From the human T2T-CHM13v2.0 reference genome, Homo sapiens, in assembly GCF_009914755.1 (NCBI RefSeq), contig NC_060934.1: a DNA stretch of 64,000 bases. The stretch is one strand, 5' to 3'. Positions 38,401 to 50,737 of the stretch are shown here, in pieces. The notes beneath the pieces were generated by a model, which saw only the letters and a program-made list of their open reading frames with translations, did not search any database and had not been told where the DNA came from. The translations under genes and the position numbers were made by a program. Numbering within the stretch: position 1 is the stretch's first letter; each line of letters opens with the position of its first letter.

Positions 38401-40394
38401 ATGGGCACAGCTCCTTCATGCCAGCTCTGTGTTGGGATTTTCTGTGGTTGTCACAGCCATCTTCCTGGTCAGCTAAGTTACAGACAGGGTGAAACTAGGA
38501 TGGCCGAGCTGGAACCAGAGCTCATTCCTGAGCAGGGCACCTGGGCCCTGCCTACGGTGCTGGGCAGGCTCCTGGTGTGGAGGTCAGGCTCAGATCCTGC
38601 AGTCCCTGTGGCCGTGGGGCTTTTCTAGGCACGCTCCTGACTGCTAACACCAGGAGGGCCTATGATATGGGACCGCTGCCCCATGACGTGTGCCAGGTTT
38701 CTGCACGTGACCACTGGGAAAGGCTGGCCCTGGGCTGGGTGGATCCGCACTGCCTGCTGGCCCCTGCACCCAGATGGTGCAGCCCACACCCCTCTGATGC
38801 CCACCCACGCCCGGCTCTGGGACTTCCCTCCTTCCGCTGTGTCTGACCCTGGTTGCCCTTGTTCTGCCACTGGCTTGTAGCAGCCCTTCCGGAAGCCATG
38901 TCCTCCAGGGAGATTTGATTATGTCCTGGTGGTGCGACCTCGCTAATGCAATCAGGAAGTTTTCTCAAGACTTCAGCTGCTTTGTTGGCAGCCAGGCCTG
39001 GCTCTCAGCAGCTCTGCAGGCTGGAAGGGCCCAAGAGACCCTTCACCCACCCGGTGTCTCCAGCAGCAGGGAGGGGTCCGGGGCACAGCCTATTGCTGCT
39101 CTGCTCTCCTCCCTTCTTGGGGTAAGCTCCTTTGCTCTGATTTTATTTGGAATCATCGAGAGCCTCTATCTGTCTAGAAAAAGCGCTTAGCAATGAGGAA
39201 TCAGCACTGCAGAGAATACTCCAGAAAGCAGCCATTTTCCATCAAGATTAGGCTCTTAATTGAAAATTTTAAGAGGAGAGGAAATTAGGGGAGAATCCAG
39301 ATATTCTCTCCATTATGGTAATCAGCTGTAATCAGAGCCTGAGAGCTGTACTCAATCCCGGGGGTTCTCCCAGGATTACCAGAGCTGCCACAGTCACCTT
39401 CACCGACCTGCACTGGAGTCAGTGGGAGGGGCTGGCGGGGTCAGGGGCACTCTGGCAAGTGGATCCAGGAGGGCTGGGCTGGATCCAGGGGGCTGAGTTC
39501 AGAGGGAACTCTGCTTAGCAAGTGTGAAACACAGGACTGGGCCTTCCAGGCAGAGGGAAGATTGAGAACTGCGGCTGAGCGAGTGCGTCCAGGGGCCCCA
39601 GTTTAGTTGAGGGTCTAAGTTTTCCCAGCAGGGCAAGGTTGAGGGTGAGGATGCTGCAGGCCAGTTTTCTATGGCCTCAGAGTGAGGACAAGAAGGGGGA
39701 GATGGGCCACAGGGATGAGGGTGCCTGCTCCCTGCAGCAGGGTGCACATCATGGCTGTGCAGAGGCAGCAGGCGGGAGGTATTAGGAAGAAGCCCTTCCC
39801 GTGTGTGTCCTAGGGGCTGGGCACAGGCTGGGCACAACCCTTTGCTCACGGTTGCAGAAGCCCATCCACATGGGGTCCTGCTGAACTGGCTTCGTGGGGC
39901 TGGGAAGGACTGGCCTGGCCTCTTTGCTCACTTCACCTTATGGGCAGTGTCCTGCAGGTTTCTGTGAGCAGAGCAGACAGAAAGGAGATGCCCAGTGACG
40001 CCAGCTGTCCCCCGCAGAGCTTCCTGGAGCCTGGGCTCTAGGCTGAGGGTCCTTGAACAGACGTCATCTCCCTGGCTTCAGCAGAATCACCCACAAACCC
40101 ACCCTGTGCCCACCCTCCCATCACAGAGAGCAGCTGCTGGAGAACAAGGCATGAGACTTTGGAGACCTGGAGGAGCAGGAGACACAGGAGACAATGGCCA
40201 GGGTGGTCATGGTGGCACGGCTATGCCATCACTGATTTCTGCCCACCCGCCCCCTAAGTCTCACTTGCTGCTACTCTCAATTTCCTACTTAATGCTTCGG
40301 AGAGCACCAGTCCTGAGATGAGAGGCGGGATGTTCACTCTCTGGGAGTTGAGATGGAACCCAGGCAGTTAGAAAAAAGTGCCACAACCACGTGC

Positions 40395-40530
40395 CGGACC
40401 TACTACTTGCCAGGAGCTTCGTGAGTCATCCAATTCCTAAAACAATTGTGCTGCGTATGCTCCACCACGCCTGGGCGACTCGGGGAAATGGGGCTGCGGG
40501 AGGCTCAGTGACCTGCCCTGGGTGACACGG
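40395..40530 (-). mobile_element. MIR fragment
   Basis: 'ggggaaatggggctgcgggaggctcagtgacctgccctgggtgacac'. Confidence 0.5.
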
Positions 40531-43500
40531 ATAGCGTGGATGCCCTGTCCATGCATGGGGCTGTGCTAGGAGGACAGGACCATCCCCGGAAGCTGGTCCT
40601 GTGTCCACTGCTCACAGTGGCAGCTGCTTGGGCTGACAACCGCCCCTCCCTCCTGCTGGTGAGTCCTTGGATGTATTCAGGCACATGGCAGCAAGGTCTC
40701 CTGTGTCCCAGAGGCGACTAGGACCCACAAGTGAGCAGCAGGTGCCCCACTCCTTCATGCTAAGGCTCATCACGGGACGAAACCCAAGGTGGTATTGGAG
40801 CCAGGGGCTGTGGCCATGACAGCCACCCACTCCAGACGATATCCACATTCGGAATAGTTCAGAGTGGCCTGCCTTGATGACATCACGAACTTCTCCATGG
40901 AAATGTGTCACAGAACCAGAACTTAAGGGCATTTGGATGAGGTTGAGGTGAGATCAGGTCACAGAAGAACGTTCTCAAGTTAGGTGGGAAACAGCTGGAG
41001 ACTCTGGGATGTCCTCAGGACCTTTATCTAAGCAAACACATGATAAGGTCTTTCCCAAGAAATAAGCGTGGCTTTTTGTCCTGGTTGAGGAGGGTTGTTG
41101 TGGATCTTTTCCCCTTTTTACCTTGGCTTCCAGGAAGCTCAGTGCCAAGTTTTATGCTCCACCCAGGCCTACTATCCTTGGACTGGTCCTCAGGTGCAGC
41201 CCTTGGTCTCTCCTTTCTTTATCGCATGAGCCCGCTTGGTTTCTGTACATTTTGTCCGCTGGTGCTGACGGCTGGACACCCTTTCCTGAAGGAGATGGGG
41301 CATAGAGTGAGTGGATGATGATGGGCTGTGACAGGGCCCACTGCCAAGGATGTGGGCTACGAGGTGTGGGCTGGGAAGGAGGAGGAGGACCCTGCACCTC
41401 AGGGGGCAACCAGGAGCACATTCTGGGGAGCACACACCTGCGGTGTTATCACGGCCACTGCCCATGTCTTGGACACTGGAATAAACAGGATGTGGCGAAG
41501 CCTTCTGTGTATGGGGGAAGACTTCCTTACTCGCCACTGCTGTCACGCTCTATGGCCATCTTGACCCATCACTCAGGCAACATCAGACGCGTCTCTCTGT
41601 TCAAGGGCTCTGCCCCTAACCTTGTGCCAGAAAGAGGCTTGACAGTTTGTCCTGTCTCGAGGTTTCCTCTATATCTCTTGCTGGGGCTCCCATAGACTGT
41701 TCTGATTTTTACTGATGAAGACAGTGCCATGGTGAGCCTAGCAGTGCACACAGCTCTTCTCTTTCCCAATCATTTCCATGGGCGAACCCCTGAGTGTAGA
41801 ATGACCACTCCAGTCAGATTGTGAATACAGTGAACTGTGGGCCATGGGCTCCCAGGACACTGCTCCGGCCTGGCTCCTGCACCCAGACTCATTGCTGTTG
41901 GCTTTGTCATGGTAACACTAGTTTGGTATAAAACTGCACCGTCTCCTTCTGTCTGAGTTTCCTTGACTGCTGTGGTGGTTGAGCAGTTCGCCCTACTTTG
42001 GGTTTTGGTCTTGGTTTCGTTGCTTTTAGTATTTCACCCATGAAAGATCTATTCATACCCATCACGCATCTATCTATCCAGAATTTGAATTCGTTAAAAT
42101 GCAAGGGAATTTTTAATATATAATAATGTTAGCAATTGGTCTGTCATATTTGATACAAGCATCTTTCTGGCCTGTTTCCATCTTACTTTTGTTTCTTTTT
42201 CATCCACTCATAAGTTCAGACTGTTTTCTAGTCAGTCACGGCCCTGGTTCCACTAAGGAGGGGAATGTCCCTTGAGTCCCCGGCTGGCCTCCCTGGGAGA
42301 GTGCCACACCCCCACCCGAGTCCAGAGGCTCAGGAGCTGCTCTGGCTGCACGTGTTCCCCGGGACAGGTCTTGGGCACTGGGGGGTCTGTGCCTGGACAC
42401 TGGCATTTTGCTTCATTCCCACTCAGGGCCCCTCCGCAGCAGGCTTGGTAGCTGGGGGTGGCCGGACACCTGGAGAAGGGCTGGGGGCACTGCACCAGTC
42501 TCCCAGGCTGGAGGGGCCACAGTAGGGAGTTCCCAGCTCAGCCCCAGGGGATGGCCACCCCTGAATCCTCACCGAAGGCATCCAGGCTGTCCCAGATCCT
42601 GCCCACACCTGAGACCTCGGCTCCCGCTTCTCTCCGCAGGCAGGCAGAGCAGGCGGCGGGATGTGTGGGTTGAACCCTGATGGCAATGGGAAGGGTCTTC
42701 GTGACACAGCTTCCCAGCACCCAGGCAGAGACAGGAGGCTGGGCTGCTAACCCGACTGGAGGCTGTGCTCACCCAGTCCCCTCCCTGTGCTTCTGGGGTC
42801 TCCAGACCACCCCACAGGGTACCCAGATCAGTGTGGGCTCAGCCCCCTGCCCACTGCACCCTCCTTCGGGGTGCCTTCCTCGTCTGTCATGATGTTCCTG
42901 ATCCTGCACCCGTCCCCTCTTCCTCCAGCCTTCCCTGGCTGGCTGCTGTAGTCAGTCTCTAGGGCTCTGCACAGCACTTCCTGGTGGTGCATCCTGGAGG
43001 ACTTCCCGGTAGAGGTGTCTGGCAGGCACAAGCTTGCTGTGTGCCTGGCCTGCAGAAATGCACGGTAGGCATGCATTTGTTGGATGGTTGTAACACTGAC
43101 TCTGGGAGGTGGACTGAGGTTCCTTATGGGTCCTTCTAGCATCCCCTCTCCCCTTCAGAGATGAGTGTTGAAATTTGGGGTTCTCTGGGTGTGGCAGGAG
43201 GCTGGGGGGTGCTCCGCTCATGGCCACTTCATGGCGGGCTTGGGCACAGTTCGGAAGGCAGCCAGCTGTGTGTCCCCTGTCTCCGGCCTCCTTGTGTATG
43301 AGTCACCATTGGGAAGTCGCCGGCATTTGTTTTAATTTAACAGGACTTGGCTCATCCCCGGAGCTCTGCCACTGGCTCGTCCTTCCTTCCACTGTGGAGA
43401 GGAAGGGGGTGGGGTGCAGAGTGCTTGCAAGAAAGCACTTTCCCCTCATCATCTCAAAAAAAATTTCTTAGCAGAAGCAATGAGAGAAATTTACTGGCCT

Positions 43501-44375
43501 GTCACAAAGAGTCACTGCTCATCAGACGAGAGAAAGGAAAAGCAGAGGTCATCAATTCATGGGCAGTGTCTCAGGAAGGGATTAAATCATTTAGAGACAC
43601 GTCCTTAAGAAATCATTGAAGGCTCATGCTGCTGTTTTCTTTCCTGGCCTTCCCATCGCATGCAGATGGCCCCTGTCCAGCTGTTCAGATGCTGCACCAG
43701 CACCATTCTTTTTGGAAATTTGGGCAGACCTCGTGTGTGTATGTGTATGTGCGTGTGTGTGTAATACACGCTCATGTGCCTACAAATTGTTATCTGTGTG
43801 ATATGGTTACATAAACACACACAACTGTTGTCTAGCCATGATGGTTTCAGTTTTCTTGTATTTGTGTTATGTTGCGAGCTGCTACCAATTCATTCAGATA
43901 AATAAGGGCAGAAATAAATATAACCCGCCAGCTACAGGATGCTGGAAAGCTGGTTAGAGTCCTTGGGGGGTGGGGTATGGGGGGTGGGGGTGGTCTCTGT
44001 CACCGCAGTGCCATGCAGCGCCTGGCACGGTGGCGTCCTCGCTCCTGTCATGAGACAGTGGGAAGCCATAAGGCGCCTGGGGCTGGCGCATCCCTTGGGT
44101 CACTGCACAGTGGTGGGGAGCTTTAGCTGGGATGCCAGCTGGGCCTGGGTTCAGGTCCCAGCTCCCCACTAGTGACCTGTGTGGCCAGCTGTCCTCAACC
44201 TTCAGGGCTGTGTGAGCCTGAAACATGTGGTGCTGCATCTGGCATTTAGATTGATGTGTGAGGGTCCTTTTGGTCATTCGTGTGCCTGCTGCTCAGGTGC
44301 CTGACTCAGCAGGACAGCCCATAGGTCCCAGCATGACAGCAGGCATGGGGCATGAGGTGGGCATAACTAAGATGT

Positions 44376-44833
44376 TATGCTGGTTAATTTATGTGTCAAC
44401 CTGATGGGGCCCTGGGGTGCCCAGGTCAGATATGATTCCGGGTGTCTGTGAGGACATTTCTGGATGAGATTAGTGTCGGAATCAGCTGCCTGAGTAATGC
44501 AGACCCTTCCCATGCGGTTGGGGAGCATCCACTCTGCTCACGGCCTGGAGAGAACAGAAAGGCCAAGGAAGGAGGACACCTGCCCTTTGAGCTGGGGCAT
44601 GGGTCCTCTCCTGTCCCTGGACTGGGGTTCACACCATGGGCTCCCCTGGTTCTCAGGCCCTCGGACTCAGACTGAAGCCAAACAATGGCTCCCCAGGCTC
44701 CAGCATGCAGACAGCGGGTCCTGGGACTTCTTGGCCTCCACAGTTCTGTGAGACAGTTCCCATGACAAATCTGTGCCATGGACCTGGGTGTCTGCTACAG
44801 GTTCTGTTCCTCTGGAAGACCCCAACACACACA
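44376..44833 (+). mobile_element. MLT2 solo LTR (ERVL)
   Basis: 'tggttaatttatgtgtcaac', 'cctggttctcaggccctcggactcagactg', 'ggttctgttcctctggaagaccc'. Confidence 0.88.
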
Positions 44834-45124
44834 TGAAGGTGGTGGACACAGCCCAGCCAGTTGTGAAAAACAAACAAGACAGACAGATAAGAGGTCTCTG
44901 TTGGAATTAAATAGAAGACTTTCCAAGCACTAATCTCCTCCTTTTGCTCATCCTAGAAACTGTGGCTGAGCACCCCCCTGCACCAGCCCTGTGTCCAAGG
45001 ATCACTGATGGATCCCCTGCCCTGCCCAGCTCAGTCCAGGGGCGGTGCTTGCGTTCTTGGGGGATGAATAGAGATGCTCAGAGGCCAACTGCAGGGCCAT
45101 GCCTGGGGGCTGGATGGTGCTCCC

Positions 45125-45285
45125 CTGTCTAGGGCACTCAGCTGCATAGGGTGCTCCTCTGCATAGGGTGCTCCCCTGCATACAGTGCTCACCTGCATGG
45201 GGTGCTCAGCTGCATAGGATGCTTGGCTGCATACGGCTCTCAACTGCATAGGGTGCTCCCCTGCATAGGGTGCCCCCCAGCATGG
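45125..45285. repeat. 17-bp minisatellite (ctgcatagggtgctcNN) x8-9
   Basis: Eight in-phase 17-mers at 45142-45277 plus a diverged flanking unit. Confidence 0.92.
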
Positions 45286-48200
45286 GCACCTGGGTGGGTC
45301 CAGAGCCATGTGGCTGCCACCCTCTCCCTGTGGAAGGGACCCAGTGAGGAGAGCTCAGCAAGACCACATAACAGAAGGGGGTTGGAGAGGTGCCAGCCTC
45401 TGCCAGGAAGCCTCAGTGCACAGAGCAGCCATGGCTGGGCTGATAGACTCATCTTCAGTCTTATTGCCTTCTTACGGGAGACACAGAGGCAGAGATCATG
45501 CAGGGCAGGGTGAGGAGGGCCCAAGCTTTTCTCAGGGCCTAGGGCCCGGAGCATGGCCCTCCTGCCCACCCACCCCGGAGTGCCTTCCTGTCTCTTCACA
45601 TGATATTAGCTTCCCTCACCATCTTCTGGTCCCCCAGCAGTGTCACCTGAGGCCTGCCTGGAGCTATGTCAGGAGTATCAACCGCACTGAGAGCTTGGTG
45701 AGCAATTCATAGCCTTGCCCAGTGGGAGTCTGAGCATCCCCTGTGGCCACCTGAGTGGATGTCAAGTGGGGCTGCCCTGCCCCCAGCCCATGCTTGACCC
45801 CGGGATCCTGAGCAGATTCCTGGGGCAGGTTCTGCCTCCCTTCCCTGGGGCTGTGTCTCTGTCACTGCTCAGGAGTGACAGTGCCTGGACATGCTCCTTG
45901 GGCTTCTGGGGTGTTGGTGGGTGGTCCAATGGCAGGGACAGAGGAGCAGTGTCCTTGGGATGGCCAGAGGCATCCTCCTATGGATGAAGTCGGTGGCCGA
46001 TGGCTGGAGGGCTGACTGCGGGCCTGCTGGGGCCCTGCTCACTCACTGCAGTGGAACAGGAGCCCCCGATGCAGCCCCATCCTCAGCCCAGCCAGGGGTG
46101 GGAGGGAGAGGACAGGGCCCTTCGATGCACACCCTTTTCCCGTCCCGGAGAGAGGGGAGGCCGCTGCATCATGGCGCACCCTCCTGGGGCTTGGGTGAAT
46201 GAGTGCTTACTGCTCTCTGGAGAGGCAGGTGACCCATCTGCTTTCTGCATTGGTTACGCAGCCCCACACCATGCCTGGGGACTCAGGGCAGGTCCCGAAG
46301 GTATTGGGCTTCTCTTCTGTCCTTCTCACTCCCCCAGAGAGACTGGGGGTTGAGTGTAGCCATAGCCAGCCCCCCTTTCATGATAATCAGATGGGCTCTG
46401 AGTGGAGACCACTGGGGCTGCAGGCACTTATGAGATGAGGATGCAGAGATAAAGCCCATGGTCCCTTCTCTGCAGGGGCCAGAGCCCACAGTTGTGCAGA
46501 GAAGGGATAAAGCCAGGGGAGCACACGAGCCCCTGGCCCACCTGGGAGGGCCGAGCAGGCTCCCCGAGTGAGCCCTGGGGTAGGATGGGCAGCCTGGAGG
46601 GGAAGAGGCTGAAGGGGCCACAGACCAGCCTGGGCATAGAGCAGGCTGCAGGTGACCAGCTCGTCCCTCTGCCCGGAACCTACCTGGGAAAGTGCCCATC
46701 CCAGCCCAAATGGGACGGCTACTCCCCTGGTGGGAGGCAGGGTGTGGGACTAAGGGGAGATGCTCAGATGGCGACAAGCCACCTGGAGCTTAGACTTGGA
46801 CCTATGGGGTGTGGACCAAGGAAAGGTTGGGGGCTCCAGGCCTGGGCTATGCCTGGAAGGACGATGGGCAGGGGAGATGGGGTCCATCAGGGGCTTCTCT
46901 GATGCAGGCACAGAGTCGGAGCCGGGCTTCCGGGGAGTACACACCCTGAAAGGTGTGGAGGGGGCAGGATCAGGGACTCGGCGCTGGATGGTGTTGGGGT
47001 GAGGCAAGGCTTGGCCCAGGTCCCGGCTCTGCATCTGGGTAGGTGGCTGTAGGTGGGCAACTGCTCCTCATGGGAAGCTGACCATCTCTGTGCCGGGCTG
47101 GCGGACAGGAGGTGTCCAGAACAGGGCAGGGCTGAAGTGCAGGGGGCCCAGGCTGGAGACTCCCCGATTGGAGGGCCCCCAGTGAGGGGTCATCGAAAGC
47201 AAAGAGTGCCCCTCAGTGCTCAGGGCTAAAAGGGCCAGGTCCAGGACTGCTGGAGGAGGGCCCAAGAAGTGGGTCAGGGCTCAGAGGCCAAGAAGGGAGG
47301 GGGGCACAGGGCAGGGCACCATCAGGGCCAGGAAGGGACAAGGGGGGCCAGGGTCCTTCAGATTTGCCAGTCAGCGTTCCATGAGGAGACAAGCGTGAGC
47401 CAGCAAGACGGTGGGCATGGCCGGTGGTTCTCCAAGGCTTCCTCAGGGCACGCGGTGGGCTGTGTGGGGTGTCACGTGAGAAACGGCACTGAGATTAGTA
47501 GGCGTGACAAAGCTGAATTCCTCACAACCGCTCCCCTCAGGGCCCACCACGGGCTCCTGCAAGGGCGGGGAATGCAGGTGCTGGGCCCCGCGGGAGGAGC
47601 AGCCACAGCGGGGGACAGGGAGGCCAGAGCCGAGTGGAGAGGAGTGCGGGACTGAGGAGGCTTTTATCCCCCGACCTTTTCTGAAGAGAGAAGAGATAGA
47701 AGCAGAGTCATGAGTGCTAGAGACGGGCAGGGAAGGAAATGGATTAAAGGAGCTGGAGGAGAGGGTCCCGGAGTGTACGGAGGAGTGAGACCCTGGCCCC
47801 ACCGCCTCCCTGGGTGTGCGAGTGGGAGTGTCCAGGCATGCATGTGCGTGTGGGTGTGCGAGGGTGAGTGTGCGAGGCTGGGTACACGCGTGTGTGGTAG
47901 GGAGTACAGGTGGGGGCTGGCGCAGTGAGAGGTGGGGGCTGGACGAGGCAAGGGTGAGGGCCCCTTGGTCAGGGCCGCCCACTGCCCGCAGAAGCGCAGG
48001 GCAGTGAAGGCGCCCAGGAGCAGGTGGTTGGGTTGACTCAGGTTGGAGACCCCGCTGGGGGTCAGCAGAAGAATGAGGGGTGGTGAGGGGCGCTCCAGGC
48101 AGGGTGGTGAGGTAGAGAGAAGAGAGGCCTTTGCATTTTGCGTATTCTGTTGGTGGAGGAAATGGTGAGCCATCAAGGGCTGCTGGCAGCCTCCCCCTAA

Positions 48201-49263
48201 ACCAGCCCAGGAAATGCTGGAAGAGAGAGACTCAGAGCAAATATAGACCCACAGGGATGCCTGGAGCACAGACAGGGTCAGGTTCAGGTTGCTGGGGAGG
48301 CCATGGCACAGGTGGAGGACAGCTGGAAGCCTCCACGTGGTGCTGGCCCCCTCCTGCTCCCTGGGCTGAGCCAGCCCAAGGGGCACGCAACCTCTGAGCT
48401 GGCAGTGGCCGCTCTGCCCCTGGCTACAGCAGGTATCAGAGCAGGCAGTTCAGACCCAACACAAAACCCAAACATGCCTGCAGGAGCAGCTCCCAGTTGC
48501 GCCCAGCTCCTAAAGAACACACCTGTGCCATAGAAGACAGACAGAGCAGGACTTAGAACAAGTGACCAAAGTCCTCAGAGGACTTCGTCGTAAGGGAGCA
48601 TGCAATGAACATGAGCTCAAAAGAAGCGGCTGTCATGACAAACCAGTTGGGGATGTTGGGTGTAAAAAACATAATTTATAGATAGAATAGAATTCATTAA
48701 TATAATGTATGAAACTGTAATATAATTCTAAATAAATATAATTGTTGAAAGGGGCTAGAAGATTTTACCAAGGGACTCCCCAGAAAGCATCAGGAGGGTA
48801 TAAGGAGGTGGGAGGCAGGTTGAGAGGTGAGGAAGGTGGAACAAGACGGCCCCTGCCCGTCTCCAAGGAGTCCTGGGAAGAAAGGAAGAATACCGGGTAG
48901 GAGAATATATTTGAAGAAGGGTTGGCAGAGAATTTCCAAGAACTAAATACAGACACAAGACTTTAGATGGAAGTGTTCACAGAGTGGCAAGCACACACAC
49001 CAGAAAAATTAGAATCACAGAGGGAAAAACAGTTACAGAGATACAAGAGTGAGTCTGACCTCAGAGTTCTCAAGGCCCGACAGAAGGCAGGAGACCAAGT
49101 CACCAGGTCAGTGGGGAGCATGGACAGGAGGTGTGAAGTGGGCATAGCTAAATAACGAGAAGGATCGAATTGGAATTTCAGCCCAATATACCATTAGTGT
49201 ACACCACTAACACCCACATAAATGATGCTTTGTATTTTTCTTATCTACAAATACATGGAAATA

Positions 49264-49755
49264 CAGCTGACCCTTAAACAATGTGGGGGCTAGGGGCACT
49301 GAACCCCCTCACAGTTGAAAATTTGCATATAACTTTTGACCTCCTCAAAACGTAACTATTAATAGTCTACTGTTCACTGAAACCTTACTAATAACACATA
49401 CAGTCAATGAACACATGTTTTGTAGGTTATATGTATTATATTCTGTATTCTTTTTTATTTTATTTTTTGTTGTTTACCCACACTACACAGATGTATCACA
49501 TGCTATATTCTTCAATGAAGTAGGCTAGAGAAAAGAAAGTGGTATTGAGAAAATAATAAGCCAGAGAAATTTATTTACTCATTAAGTGGAAGTGGAGCAT
49601 TGTAAAGGTCTTCATCCTCATCTTAAGCAGGCTGAGGAGGAGGAGGAGGAAGGGAAGGGGTTGGTCTTGCTTTCTCAGGGGTGTCAGAGGCAGAAGAAAA
49701 TCTGTGTGTAACTGGATGTGTGTGGTTCAAACCCATGTTGTTCAAGGGTCAGCTG
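49264..49755. mobile_element. Tigger2a (MER28) non-autonomous element, complete
   Basis: Perfect 12-bp outer TIR cagctgaccctt...aagggtcagctg with TA on both sides; homologous to the Tigger2 end at 7052-7720. Confidence 0.92.
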
Positions 49756-50128
49756 TAAGTAAGTAAGTGGCATGTGGCCTGGAGAGGTACCACATATATG
49801 GGGAGGCTGCTGATGTTAAGTGTGTGAGGAAGGAGATAGGGACACGGGAGAAGGGGTTAGACCAACACAACAGTATCAGGGGCTGAAGTGGGGCCCTCAC
49901 AGACAGATGAAAAGGAGGGGGAAGGGAGGCACCCTGCCAACTGGGGACCACATAGCTTTGTGCATCTGAAAGCCACTGAAAACAGGGAAATTTTATCACC
50001 TCTAGACCTGTAGGGAGGGAAAGGAAATAAGGAAACACAGTCCACTGGGGACCAAGAAAAAAGTGGTGGAAAGAAAATAAGATGGTAAAAGTCATTCAAA
50101 ATATCCTTAAGACAGTAAAATGTAATGA

Positions 50129-50737
50129 TGTTACAGGACCACCAGGTTCCTACACCTGCTGCGCAGTTACAGACCAATGCACCAAGACAGCAGGCTTTGC
50201 AGCAGAGAAAGAGTTTCCTGATCTCAGGGCAGCTGAGTGAGGAGGCAGGAGGGACCCTCACTTCATCTCTCTGAGGAGTTTTGGGCTGGAGTTTTTAAAG
50301 GATCGTGGAGGTCAAGGGGTGGAAAATTGGGGCCACTGATTGGTGGGGCTAAAGAGGATGCAATCATCGGGGTGTGGACACTGTATGTTCTGGTGAGTCA
50401 GCTGCTTGTGGGGTCCCTCAGACCAGATGGAATCAGCTGTTTGATTGGTATGCAGGACCTAGAAGGATATCTCAAGTGGACAACTTAACACTTCACAATG
50501 TTCAAGTTGCTATCTATAGAGGATAGTTGTTATCTATCTGAACTTAGGGGAACTGGGGCCTTGTAACGGATTACAAGGTGATTCTGAGGCAGTATGCATG
50601 GAATGGTAGTGAGGAAGGGTCAGAGAGCAAGCTGGCCTAGAAGCCAACACTCAGGACACTGCAAGCTTGGTTTATTTTCCTTTCTCTCCCTCCCTTCTTT
50701 CCTAATTAATTTTATAAAACGTATAGGGATGGATTCA
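50129..50737 (-). mobile_element. ERV1-class solo LTR (MER4-group; exact family uncertain)
   Basis: TG...CA termini; 'gcagcagagaaagagttt', 'tgcaggacctagaaggatatctcaa', 'ttaattttataaa..ggattca'. Confidence 0.75.

Noticed and set aside
37725-40210. Possible pseudogene exons (EKGSFQDIKQFLECQ..., FDYVLVV..., EQLLENKA*DFGDLEEQE)
   Set aside because: Short peptides with no consistent parent protein that I can name; needs tBLASTn/BLASTX, and is unsupported as it stands.
45125-45285. CRISPR-like array
   Set aside because: Head-to-tail 17-mers with no unique spacers and no cas genes, in primate DNA.
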